The notes beneath the pieces were generated by a model. That model saw nothing but the letters and a program-made list of their open reading frames with translations, was not told the origin of the DNA and did not search any database. Made by a program: the position numbers and the translations under genes. Source: Asterionella formosa (taxonomy: Eukaryota). Taken from it: a stretch of DNA of 42,628 nt. The stretch covers positions 1-42,628 of the forward strand of contig NKIB01014556.1 in the NCBI GenBank assembly GCA_002256025.1. The letters run 5' to 3'. This document shows, in pieces, positions 1 to 11,834 of this stretch (its first letter is position 1; every line of letters begins with the position of its first letter).

Positions 1-574
1 TAGTCTTTGATCAAAGGAATCACAGGAACCCTTGAATACATTGCCATGTTTGTTGTCTTCTAATTCGACTCTTTTTGAATTCAAAGTGAAGTATCTAACT
101 AGAAGTAGTAGTATTTGTTGAATATATGAGCTTATTAATTAATCCTTATGTATAACTCATTTCCTGAACTGACATCAAAGTATAGAATGGGTGTTAGTCG
201 AGTTCTCTCATTATTGAATTCCGATATATTTGACATAACCCCAACTCTATATATATATCTGTATCGATGTGCAGGATTGCTCACCTGGTACCATACCAGG
301 TACCACCGGCCTGCTATAGTGCAGGGTACCTGGTACCAGGTACCACTACCGGCAGAGGAAAGCAAAATACTGGTATCTGGTACCAGGTATCACAGCACAA
401 GCAACCTTGCTGTGGCATACTGCTATATGGACCGGAAGAGCAGAAGCACGACATAATACAATCATCCGGGATCACCATCATCACCTTCATGCAAAAGCAA
501 TACCACATGCAACATTTTGTGCTTCAAATGTTTGTTGATAAAATTGGCAGTTGAAAGTCATTGTAAAAAGAATC

Positions 575-1022
575 TAAAGCTAGTTAGCACATATCACTGG
601 GAACAATGCAAGATCACGCACCATAAATATTACATCACCTGAATGGTTGTCCTTGTCTAACTTGCCATCTCGTTTGTGTTGTTAGATTTCTCACAACATC
701 AGACTGGTTGATTGTTGGGTTTAGGCACCCTCTTGGAGGTGAAGTAATTGTACATGTAGTCCCTCCTGTTGCAAATAATGCATCGACAGCTCCTAGCACC
801 AGTAAGTGACAACCAGCAGACTGGATTTTGAAGCACATCTTTGTCCACCAGAATCTCACTCCAGTTTTCAATTTCCGCACTTCCTCTTTATTGCGGAAGC
901 AGCTATAACGATAATATGAGGAATGGGTTGACTTGCAAGAAAAATGGTGTATTGAAGCAATGTCCAAGAAACATCCTGCAAGGCGGACATTGGCAATTAG
1001 ACAAGGAACCAATTGGCGAAGA
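575..1022. repeat. Dispersed ~450-bp repeat, copy 1 (copy 2 at ~8554-9004)
   Basis: Starts TAAAGCTAGTTAG and shares blocks with 8554-9004 in the same orientation, including GATCACGCACCATAAATATT, CACAACATCAGAC, ACGATAATATGAGGAATGGG and AGACAAGGAACCAATTGGCGAAGA. Family not recognised. Confidence 0.8.
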
Positions 1023-1633
1023 TTCAAGCAATGCTACAATCAACAGAGCAGCAAGGACATGGGAAGCAACAAAAGGGTAGTTCAATGGACAGGTGTAGAG
1101 ATGGAGGTGTGGGCAATTGCGATCTGCAGATGGATTGCTGGGAGATCAATTTTTGGAATGCCATTGCATGCAAATTGTCCAGGAAATAGCCTACAGATCC
1201 ATCTGATCATCAAAGTGCCTCAAAACATCATATAATAGTATCTCATCATTAATTCCTATAGTTTGTTATCATTATACCTGTTCATTAGTTCACCAATGCA
1301 ACCAAAAGCACCATCATAGTCAATCAGCAGGTTGATTTAACATTGCTAGTGGTACCTGGTACCTTGCAGGTACCAGGTACCTGGCACCAGTAGTCCACCA
1401 GGTCGAGGGATGGTCTATATGTCTGTATCGTACAGACCATGACGCTATTTATTATAAAGGAAACGCTACAGTACAACAATTCTCATCACGCAACCATCAA
1501 GGAATCATAACAATGCAATATACCGGTATTATACTCCCAGTACTATTGTATTTGTACCGTAGTCTAGAATACGCATACCGGTACCGGTATTTCCTTGCAA
1601 AGGATAAATATGTATGGAACGGAACGAATCACC

Positions 1634-2172
1634 ATGGACCCTTTTCAAGCCATAAACGGCGTCGCGTCCGTCGTAACTACTGGTATTCGTTACTTGCAAT
1701 ACAACGCATGGTTCATCATTATGCTTCTGGCTGTCGGTTATGTGGTCAAGAGCAAGGGTACGTCCACGTAAATAACATCGCGCTTGTTAGAAACACGTGA
1801 CCTCCACGTGACCTCCTCGTGACTCGCGACTGCATCTAACGCACCCTTCCTCCAAAAGCCCTGGATCCATACCTCGAGAGCCGACAGTATCGCCCTGAAG
1901 CAATAAGAGAGGCTGATTACAAAGACGAGATACGTCGGATCCGATTGAAGCAACAAGAAGAAACCATTCGACGAGCTGCCGAGGCTGCCAAAGAACGCAA
2001 GGAAAAGGAGAACAAGGAAAACGCTCGGAAAAATCAAATTTTTGATCCGAAGAAACAAGATGGAGATGCTCCTAGGTTGGGAATGTCATCAGGAAAAGAT
2101 TACTCTCCAATGCAACCATCCTCTGGATCTACTAGAGGATACAAACCTGTACGGCGGGTAGTTGACCGGTAA
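1634..2172 (+). CDS. Selenoprotein S/K-like single-pass membrane protein; exons 1634-1757 and 1859-2172
   Basis: The GT..CTAAC..AG intron at 1758-1858 joins MDPFQAINGVASVVTTGIRYLQYNAWFIIMLLAVGYVVKSK (hydrophobic TM) in frame to a charged coiled coil (IRRIRLKQQEETIRRAAEAAKERKEKE) and the tail DYSPMQPSSGSTRGYKPVRRVVDR. This matches the SelS layout (TM, coiled coil, YNP..G..RP.RR tail). The 3' end is uncertain. Confidence 0.6.
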
Positions 2173-3110
2173 GAGGCTTGTGCTGCTACAGTAAACTGGG
2201 TTGAGATTGAAAGAGGTTGATTTATAGTTTGATAAATATGAGTAATTGTAAGGTTTTTGCAAGCTCGGGAATGTCTGCAATTGATTGACAATCACAAACT
2301 GAATTGATAGCGCAGACGATGTACAACGATTCGCTTGGATCACGCGATAGGGATACTCTGAGCAAAACCTTAAAAAAGTTGAAACCATCGACACAAGAGT
2401 TTTTACTAAGTACTGTGAAGATTATGGCACTTCCCTAAACCTTGACGGCAGCAAATGTAGCTTTGCGTCCTGAATTGCACGACGCGAAGTCAGTTTCATC
2501 CAAGCCAGGTGTTCATCGACGTTCGATCGATGAAATTCTCTAATTCAGAAATTGATACTTGAGGACAGTTTGTACACCCTAAAGCAGTGTTTTTTAGGGA
2601 TCTGCCTATTTGCACAATAGAATACTTTACTCGTGTTCCTCATTTTTAGGTACTTCGACGAGATTGAAAATCTTGTTACTATCATTTAATCCTTAGAAAA
2701 TTGCATTAAAACGTTCTTCTAGCAGTCCATGAACCGGAGGAAAGAGACTTACGTTTTAAGGGGGGCTTCCCTCTGGCGAGAAATCATAAACCAACATATC
2801 CAAATGGTGCTATACTCATCGTGGATGCGTAGCTCGGTCTAGTAGGCAGTTCCAAGCAAGAAGGTTCTTCCAAAACAAGAAAGCATCCAAAAGTAGTATC
2901 TTGATGCTGTAGGCTATCGAGCAGGCCAGCCATTTCCAGCTGACCCATGAAGACACAGCGTTCCCTTTGATGATCCTACCCGAGAAGTTTCGCTGACATG
3001 ATGTGATGGCCAAGATGTTTTTGCGTTTCTTCACTGCAAGAAGCTGCGCCCTTCTTCCGAACCTGAAGAAGCATATTGATGTATATCCGAAGTTCCTCGT
3101 TCTCCCTTTC

Positions 3111-3376
3111 TGTTTGAGAAATTATTTTAGGAAAGAAAATCTCGGTATAAATTACCTACTACATATTGAATCGAATGAATCAAGAAAGAATATGGTACCA
3201 GAGAATTCGAAAACAATCTACGCCAACAGTAAAACCCATAATTCTATTAAAACTCTTAGGAACGATTACAATCAATTACGGAGACATCATTGTTCATATC
3301 TACAGCCTATTTGGTCCCTGACGTGTCCTTACAGGATACAAGAAAGCATAGAGTGCTTCGGGATGCAATTTCAACA
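3111..3376 (+). repeat. 5' LTR
   Basis: TGTTTGAGAA...TTTCAACA; I count 4 substitutions versus 7648-7913. Confidence 0.95.
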
Positions 3377-3509
3377 GTTTTAATAGAATTAGCCTGCCAG
3401 GAAGAGCCGTGATACCACAATCAACAACAGGTGGACGATTGAGAGTCCGGAGTCAAGATCTGACACTACCAGACCATCCAGAGTCTGAAGAATTCACACA
3501 AGGCGCATC

Positions 3510-6500
3510 ATGAGTGGCAAAGGAAAGTTTACCAAGAAGGCTCATGCCAAGGGAGGGAGCATTGCTTCTCACTCCATCAAGAGGTCAGTCAATGACTATG
3601 ACTACTACCTTGGATCAGCAAAGCAGGCATCTGATTATGAGACTACAACTGAGTACCTCATCAATCATATCAAGAAAGTGTTCGACTATGGCAACGACAT
3701 AGGAACCGCGCTCGAGTTATTAGAACCAACGAGCACATTGGCATGGAAGCCAAGAATGCAAGTGAGCATTGCAACAACAGAAGAAGAACACACTGCAGAG
3801 AATCGACAACATGAGATTGAGTTCAAGGCTGACTACGACACCTACAGTAAAAGAGTACAGGCCTACGAAAATAATAATACCAAGGCATATGCATTGCTCT
3901 GGGAAAGATGCAACAAAGCCATGAAGAACAAGATCGAAGCGAGATCCAATTACAATAGGTATAATAGGATCAAAAATAACCCAATAACATTGCTTATGGC
4001 AACTAAAGAACACGCAATAAATTTTCAAGAAAATCGATAATCTATGTTGATCATTTTAGATGCAATGAGAACGCTTTTATTCACAAAGCAAAAAGAAGGA
4101 GAAGAGTCTACAAGACTACACCAAGAGATTTCGTGTGGCATGAGATGTGCTCAAGTCACACATGGGAGGACCCATTATCCTCACCAAGTTCGTTGAATCC
4201 ATGTATGGATACAACAAGACCAACATCAAGCAACGAGATAAATTTCGTGAACAAGCTTTCAGTCAATTTTTGGCATATTTGTACCTCGATAATGCCGATA
4301 AAGCCAAATGCAGATCAATTATGACCGGGCTGAACACTCAACAATAACTCGGCAACAATCAATACCCAAAGACCATCACTGAATCAAATAATGTTCTCAG
4401 CAATCATCGGTTTGATGTAACAAAAAGAGCCAACTACAAGAAACCAGGAGATAATAATAAAGAAAGAGAACAAAAGGATGCAGGCAAGGAAGACAAAAAT
4501 GTGAACTTATTGTTTGCACAGTTGGAAGGAAAATGTCACTGCTGTGGTAGAGCAGGTCACAAATCTCCTTTGTGCCAAGACAAGAATAAACCCAAAGAGG
4601 AATGGGCTATCAACAAGGCCCAAAGCCATGCACAGGCACAGGCTTCTACATCAGAGACTAGTACGGTTACCTCTGTTAATTCCAACAACCCACTGTCATC
4701 ACAAGCTTCACAACAAGCAAATGTCAATCAATTTGGATGGTCGGGAGCTCATATGAAACAACAATTTTACCAAGCATCTTAGATGCGTGACTGGATACTA
4801 TTGGATAATCAATCAAGTGTCACATTCTTTTGCAATCCAAAAATGGTTGAAAACATTTGAATGTTAACCAATGGAAGCATGCACCTGGCCATAAATGGTG
4901 GATGCATGGTCACTAATATGAAGGCTGATCTTCCACAATGGGGAGAAGTATGGTTTAATGAAAAGTCAATCACAAACATCTTCAGTTTTGCCTAAATGGC
5001 AGATAGGTACAGAATAACCTACGACTCTGAGAAAGAAGATGCATTTATTGTTCATTTGCCTGACAAGCCAGTTTGATTCGAAAGAATTGGGATGAACTTA
5101 TATGTTTTCAAGCCTCCTACAGCAATTAAGGCGGAGAATGCTCAAATATTTAATACAGTTGAAGAAAACAAAACATTTTACACTGAGCGTCAATTTGAAA
5201 GAGCCAAGCAAGCTTGTGATCTATTTCATGCCTTGGGTACACCATCAATTAATGATTTCAAGGCAATAATTCGTATGAATACGATCAACAATAATCCAGT
5301 GACTACCGATGATATCAAAAATGCAGAGATAATTTTTGGATCTGACATTGGAACACTAAAAGGCAAGAAAACTTGTCGCAAGCCACTGCCAGTTGTGAAC
5401 AACTACATCGAGATCCCGAAGGAGCTTATTCGAGCTCAACGCGAAGTTACTCTTTGCAGGGATGGAATGAAAGTGAATGGACAATCATGTCTCACAACAA
5501 TTTCTCGAAACATTATGTATAGGACAGCGTAATGGGTCAAAAATCAGATAGCTGATGTCTATCGAGACGCTTTGACTCAGGTATTCCGTGTTTACAATAC
5601 CGGAGGATTTAAAATTACAACAATCCACTGTGACAACGAGTTTCGACCTTTGATGGAACAAATTTCCAATGAATTTCAAAATAATGTTGAAATGAATGCA
5701 GATGAAATCCAAAATGAGGAAGAAGAACCAGAAAATGAAATTGAAAATGAAGAGGCAATGTGAGAAGCCAATCCAAGCACTGAGGATGTCATAGACCCAA
5801 ATGTTAGAACTACAAGGTCTGGATGAGTCTCAAGACCACCATTAAAACTAACCATGGTCCAAAATCATTTGCATATCCAAGCACAATGTCAAGAAGAATA
5901 CACGACTGATAATGCGAAAGTGATCGCAAAGAAAATGTGTTATATGAATGAGATGTCTATCGATAAAGAAGCATTTCACTTTGTTCAGTCATACAGCTTA
6001 AGGAAAGGTCTCAAGAAATTTGGCCAGAAAGGAAAAGATGCAACGTATAAAAAATGAAACAACTACATGATAGAGTTGTATTTGAACTGATTAGGATTGA
6101 AGACCTAACTGATATTGAAAAGCGACGTGCAATGGAAAGTCTAATTTTTTTGGTTGAAATGAGTGACAAGAGCATTAAAGGCAGAGCATGTGCCAATGGC
6201 AGTTTGCAACGTGAATACATGGAAAGAGATGAAGCAGCTAGTCCAACTACCATGAATGAATCTGTTATGATAACAGCAACAATTGATGCAAAGCAAAATC
6301 GCGATGTTATGACTGCGGATATACCCACCAATGCATTTGTGCAAGTCTATATCGATGAGCAAGAAAAAGGGGAACGAATCATTATGAAGATTAGAGGTTC
6401 TTTGCTTGTCAATATGTTGACAGAAATCAGCCCCGAGACTTATGAATAGTATGTTGTTTATGAAGGGAACAACAAGGTCCTATATGTTAGGATGATCAAG

Positions 6501-7620
6501 GCATTTTTGCCATTTTGCAGTCATCATTATTATATTACAAGAAATTTCGAAAGGATATTGAGTCAATTGGATTCAAGGTCAATCCATATAATCCATGCGT
6601 TGCAAATCGCATTGTTAATGGCAAGAAGCACACAGTTACTTGGCACGTAGACGATTTGAAATCAAGTCACGTGGACAGCAAAGTGAATAATCAATTTTTG
6701 GAATGTCTCAAAAAGAAATACGCTTCTGACGAAATTGGTGAAGTCAAGGTCATGCGTGGAAAGAAGCATGATTATTTGGCGATGACACTAGATTAATCTC
6801 TTCCAGGAGTGTTGAGGGTGGACATGACCAAATATGTGAAGTCAATGATTGATGATTTTCCAGTGAAACTTGAAAGTATTGGAAAATTCCCATGGACAGA
6901 TAAATTGTTCACAGTTGATACTAAATCAAAGAAGCTGGAATATGAAAAAATGTTTCATACTTTTGTTATGAAAGGAATGGTCCTAGGTAAGCGAGGAAGA
7001 CAGGAAATTCAACCAGTAATTGCATTTCTGGCAACCCGAACTACCAAACCAAATGAAGGCGATTGGGAAAAATTAGTCAAGATCATGAATTTCTTGAAAG
7101 CAACTTGGAATGAGCTTGCATCTATGAGTGCTGATGACACTCAGATCATTAAATGTTATGTTGATGCGGCGTTTGCAGTACACAAAGATTTTAAAAGTCA
7201 CACTGGAGCTACATTGTCACTTGGAAACGGAATTATTTTTTGTTCTATGTCTACGAAACAGAAAGTGAACACTAGAAGTTTGACTGAAGCAGAATTGGTT
7301 GGTGTCGATGACATAATATCAAAAGTGTTGTGAACGAAATTTTTTATTGAAGCACAAGGGCACAAGGTGACTACAAATGTCATTTACCATGACAACACTA
7401 GCGCAATGAAGCTAGAAGCAAATGGAAAAGCAAGTTCTGGAAAACGCACGCGACATTTCAACATCAAGTATTTTTACATTACTGATCTTATTGAAAGAAA
7501 GGAAGTACAAATTAAGTACTGTCCAACTGATGTAATGATCGCAGACTACATGACAAAACCAATGGTTGGCACTGGTTGGCGCGAAATTTATTCATTTTCG
7601 TCAGCAAATTATGAATTCAA
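3510..7620 (+). pseudogene. Degenerate gag-pol of the Copia element
   Basis: Fragmented ORFs 3510-4040, 4147-4347, 4501-4782, 5092-5532, 5572-5763, 6054-6449, 6515-6796, 6809-7333 and 7367-7654, separated by stops and frameshifts. The integrase breaks off after IHCDNEFRPLMEQISNEF (~5690). Confidence 0.93.
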
Positions 7621-7647
7621 AGTGATCATACGTGTCCAGCAGGAGTG

Positions 7648-7913
7648 TGTTTGAGAAATTATTTTAGGAAAGAAAATCTCGGTATAAATTACCTACTACA
7701 TATTGAATCGAATGAATCAAGAAAGAATATGGTACCAGAGAATTCGAAAACAATCTACGCCAACAGTAAAACCCATAATTCTATTAAAACTCTTAGGAAC
7801 GATTACAATCGATTACGGAGATATCGTTGTTCATATCTACAGCCTATTTGGTCCCTGACGTGTCCTTACAGGATACAAGAAAGCATAGAGTGCTTCGGGA
7901 CGCAATTTCAACA
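7648..7913 (+). repeat. 3' LTR
   Basis: Direct repeat of 3111-3376, preceded by CAGCAGGAGTG (PPT-like) and followed by the TSD CTTTC. Confidence 0.95.
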
Positions 7914-8367
7914 CTTTCTTGAGCAAAATTTAGACTTTTCAGCCTCGACACATTTGCCTGTGTTCGGACAAACTCCAATTTCTTTCGGTTGCGGCAAATC
8001 TTTGCACTTTGACGATTGTCAACAAGGCGTTCCTCGCGCCCAGACCGAATGGGCTTTTTGTAGTCCTCGTTGACTGATATTACACACCAGTAATAGCTAT
8101 ACAATAGTCCTGTGTCCTGTATATGATAGACACACGCAATGGAGAATGACGGGACAGAAATGGCTAGCAGCTAGTATCAACCATCACATACAACCTTTTG
8201 CGCTTCAAACGGTTGTAGACGGAAAGGGCAAGCAATGGGAAATCAGTCTAAAAAGAATCCTAATTTATCTTGTGTTTTAAAAGCTAAATTAATATTCTTT
8301 CATTATGCCAATCTGGCGAAGCGAAATTAGGGGTTGATCTGTTGATGTCATTTCGTTTTTTAACTCC

Positions 8368-8443
8368 TTCATCTCTTGGCGAATCTTGGCAGCATTCCAG
8401 ACTTAAGCTTTCTTAATGCTGCCAAGATTCGCCAAGAGATGAA
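8368..8443. repeat. Perfect 29-bp inverted repeat with an 18-nt spacer
   Basis: TTCATCTCTTGGCGAATCTTGGCAGCATT (8368-8396) / AATGCTGCCAAGATTCGCCAAGAGATGAA (8415-8443). Confidence 0.9.
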
Positions 8444-8553
8444 AAAGTCAAAAATCGCAAATCATGGCAATTTCATACTTTTGGAGATTCATCACTCATA
8501 TATTCTTATGTAAAAGCCTTGTAGGCTTAGTTCTCCCTCTGAGAACAACATGT

Positions 8554-9004
8554 TAAAGCTAGTTAGTACATATGCAAAGGGAACAATGGAAGATCACGCA
8601 CCATAAATATTGCATCATCACACTTCACCTGAATTGTCATCCTTGTCATCATCTTGTTTGATGTTTCACAACATCAGACCAGATGATTGTTGGGTATAGC
8701 TAGGTAGCAGCTTGGACGAGGTGAGGGAATTGTTCCCGCCTGTTGTCCCTCATGTGGCAAACAACACATCGAAACCTCCAAGCATTAAGTGACAACCTGC
8801 AGATTGGAAACTGAAACACATCTTTGTCCACTAGAATTTCACTTCAATTTTCCATTTCCATACCTCCTCTTTCTTGCGGAAGCAGCCATAACGATAATAT
8901 GAGGAATGGGTTCTTGACTTGCAAGAAAACTGGTTTATTGAAAGTCCAAGAAACATCCTACAAGGCAGATATCGGCAATCAGACAAGGAACCAATTGGCG
9001 AAGA
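8554..9004. repeat. Dispersed ~450-bp repeat, copy 2
   Basis: Diverged direct copy of 575-1022. Confidence 0.8.
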
Positions 9005-9023
9005 ATTTAGTTAAGCTTATAAA

Positions 9024-9403
9024 TTTAGGATTCGCAAGTGAGAAAAGTGATAATTGACAGGAAGGCCAATTACTTTACTAATAGGAAGGAGGCTAGAAGA
9101 TAAAAGTGAGTGGTTCTACATATGGAGTACTACTACTAGCAATCAGCTGGCTAAGAAGATCAACGATCGACGATGTCTACGGAAATCGAATTTTAGTTTG
9201 GTAATTGGAAATTCGAACAGAGTCTTAGAATGCATGATTTTGAGGGAAGCAAAGATGCATGGAAAGGAAACATTTAAGTTTAGCTTAAAATTTTAGGATT
9301 AGCAAGTGAGAAAAGTGTTAATTGACAGGAAGGCCAATTTAGTTTACTAATAGGAAGGAGGCTAGAAGATAAAAGTGAGTGGTTCTACATATGGAGTACT
9401 ACT
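9024..9403. repeat. Two ~112-bp direct repeats (9024-9134, 9292-9403)
   Basis: TTTAGGATT.GCAAGTGAGAAAAGTG...AATAGGAAGGAGGCTAGAAGATAAAAGTGAGTGGTTCTACATATGGAGTACTACT is present twice. Confidence 0.9.
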
Positions 9404-9669
9404 AGAAGCACATAAGAATCTATGTAAGGAATACAACCCACGGAAGCCAGAGTACAAATGACTATCATCATCATTACCTTATAATTCAGAGTTCTGTCCC
9501 CCCAATTTACACTGCTGTGACTGAATTTGACTGATTTTACTTTAGGGGGGGGGAGGATAATGAAATGATTGCCCTTCTAATTGACCTTTGTAAATGTTAT
9601 TGGTTCTATATGATGGCGCGCATTTTTCTAATATATGTTAATATGATAATCATCTCCGTAAAGTGAAAA

Positions 9670-10825
9670 ATGAGAAAGCTTCTCAGCTTGCAAGAAAAAC
9701 GCGACATCATGGATGAAGTATGGGAACTCCCCAGCACCACCAAGCCTGTTGCACGTATGTATGGCCCAAGTGCCAACAATATTCGGTCCTGGAAAGCTGA
9801 CTTTCATGATTTTTCACACTCTATACACCGATGTTGAAGGCTTATTGTTGGATGAGGGTCGTTCATTGTTAAAGAAACTTATGTTTCATTTGGGCAGTTT
9901 GCGTAGAAATAGTGCAGCTGATTTTGCTGCGATTCGTCAATTGTACGATCAGCTTCGCGGTGATGATCGCGCTTGTTCCATCCTGTTGCTTGCTGCCGAG
10001 CTGAAGCGCCTTTCTGGACATGATTTTTGCTTGATTTTCATGCAACAGCATGTAGCTTGTTGGTGCGCCTTGCATAATATTGTATATCGTTGTATCAACC
10101 ACAAGTCGCAAAACACGCGCTATGTACTAGGAATATATCCAGTACATTAACACGCAGTTTCTTGTAGGGTCGTATCAACATCCTAGTATCATGAAACAAA
10201 TACATTTTTGATATGGCGGGCAAGCTCAAGATAACTGATAGAGGTGCAAAAACTATCAGCTTACTACGCACCAATGGAAGCAGCATGCGTGGCACAGTGT
10301 TGTTGGGCGTTTCCATGTCTGGAGAGAAGCTTGCTCCTCTTGTTGTTTTCAAAGGACGAGTACCTGATTTCAGGATCCAGCGAGAATTTAACAATCAACA
10401 GTTTGCTTATCCCCCACAGATGGTGTATTGTTGTGAGGCAAAAGCGTGGGTGGATGAGTCGGTTATTTCTGTGTGGATTGCCATGGACAATCAGTCATGG
10501 AAACCAACCATTCTACCTTCTGATGGACGAGTTCCAGGTGCATTAGATGGCAACAAGTCTCAATGCAATTAAGGACTGTGGAACTGCTGTGGACTTCATT
10601 TGTGGAGGATACACCTCCAAACTACAGGTATTGGATGTCGGGGTAAATAAGCCCTATAAGGGCTATGTTAGGGATGCCTATGAGAACTGGATGTTCGCAA
10701 ATCCTCATGGCACGAAGGTGAAGCGTCAGGATGTTGCTCAGTGGTTCTGGACAGCTTGGGAGAGGCTGTCAGAAACCACAATTTTGAACACTTGGAATTT
10801 GGTTAGTTCTGTCGCAAGTCACTGA
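9670..10825 (+). pseudogene. pogo-type DDE_1 transposase, frameshifted
   Basis: N-terminal HTH-like MRKLLSLQEKRDIMDEVW..VARMYG..NNIRSWK, then SSMRGTVLLGVSMSGEKLAPLVVFKG, LLMDEFQVH and GGYTSKLQVLDVGVNKPYK in shifting frames. Confidence 0.9.
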
Positions 10826-11132
10826 AGACCATAGATTGCTCAAAAAGTGTAGCATGTGACTAGAAATGTAATTTTATAGTCTGTTTAAGCATGCTCTATT
10901 GTTGCATTATTGATTTGTAGACGTAATTCCATAGCATTGATTTGAAATAGCTAAAATCATAGTAATTTTCGATTCGATTTCAAGTTGAAGCTAGTAGAAC
11001 TATAGTTTACGTGAATCACTAAATATATTAAAAGAAATGATTCTAGACTCTATTTAGTAATGTTCTACAATGTTATAATACATTGTATAGAATGCATTTC
11101 TATAGCTTCATTGCAGTCTGCTACACAAGAAT

Positions 11133-11540
11133 CTACTCCTGGTCTGCTTGAATATCCTCCATCAAGCGAAATGAAGCCATTCCAGCATTCCTCTTTCTTT
11201 TATATCTCATATTTTCGTGGGTGTCATATAGTTCTAGCACCTGCCCAAACTTGTCAATGTACTTGATTTTTTGCGATGGTAATGCAGCAACTTCTCTGCC
11301 CAGAAACCCAAAAGTGCAAAGTTCTGTGCCATCCTTCTTGATGATGACGGCCTTGATTGTCTCCAACAGCATGCCTGAAATATCATCCCCCACAGTCAGC
11401 TTGAACCTGATCACATCATCTCTCTTCAACGCCTTCCCGCAGCATTCATGTTGCTCGCATGAGCGCCCATTGTTATGAGCATTCAGACCAAGCAACTCTC
11501 CATCACGTCGACTGTTGATTGTTGAATGTGTTCTTGACAT
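11133..11540 (-). CDS. 135-aa passenger ORF inside the pogo element; Cys/His motif, possibly HIRAN-like
   Basis: ATG-initiated ORF with ELLGL..NNGRSCEQHECCG..LKRDDVIRFKL..IKAVII..GTELCTFGFL, convergent with the transposase. The fold assignment is an inference. Confidence 0.55.
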   Translation of the reverse strand: MSRTHSTINSRRDGELLGLNAHNNGRSCEQHECCGKALKRDDVIRFKLTVGDDISGMLLETIKAVIIKKDGTELCTFGFLGREVAALPSQKIKYIDKFGQVLELYDTHENMRYKRKRNAGMASFRLMEDIQADQE

Positions 11541-11695
11541 AATTCATATTTTGTGTGCTGGTAGTACCAGTAGTACTGGTATTTTATAATGGTAGCGTCG
11601 CTCAATTTACGCCATAAAAATCGGAATTACAGTACATTACTTTGTCTATGTCTAGAAAATTATTGGGTGTTTGTTGCCACCACGAAAAATGTACA

Positions 11696-11725
11696 GGGGG
11701 GGGGTGGGNNNNNNNCACCCCACCC

Positions 11726-11802
<77 letters not shown>

Positions 11803-11834
11803 CCCCCCGCCGGGCCCCCCCCCCCCCCCCCCCC
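11696..11834. other. Poly-G / N gap / poly-C tract, probable assembly artefact
   Basis: N run at ~11709-11715 flanked by homopolymers. Confidence 0.85.

Larger units (their letters stand above)
3111..7913 (+). mobile_element. Ty1/Copia (CoDi-like) LTR retrotransposon, internally deleted and decayed
   Basis: Two 266-bp TG...CA LTRs, 5-bp TSD CTTTC (3106-3110 and 7914-7918) and a purine-rich tract before the 3' LTR. Copia domain order: gag with zinc knuckle CHCCGRAGHKSPLC, protease WILLDNQSS, integrase IHCDNEF, RT WHVDDL, RNase H YVDAAF/TEAE/IADYMTKP. Confidence 0.97.
2784..8075 (-). pseudogene. bZIP transcription factor gene interrupted by the Copia insertion (5' part ~8075-7914, 3' part 3105-2784)
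   Basis: Removing 3111-7918 gives the continuous frame REERLVDNRQSAKICRNRKKLEFVRTQANVSRLKSLNFAQE-R-ENEELRIYINMLLQVRKK, a basic N-x7-R region plus zipper. There is an in-frame TAG at 2978-2976 and the next stop is TGA at 2786-2784. Start codon not located. Confidence 0.75.

Noticed and set aside
135..554. Short ORFs rich in WYQVPGT/GTRY (also 19304-19663 and 30584-30772)
   Set aside because: They are by-products of the stop-free palindromic GGTACCW arrays.
2236..2480. SECIS candidates (ATGAGTAATTG...CAATTGA; TTGACGGCAGCAAA...TTTGCGTCCTGA)
   Set aside because: The core register, helix length and apical AA do not fit the canonical eukaryotic SECIS.
3003..3383. Apparent paralogous ORF pair with 7645-8073
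   Set aside because: The shared peptide is just the LTR read through twice.
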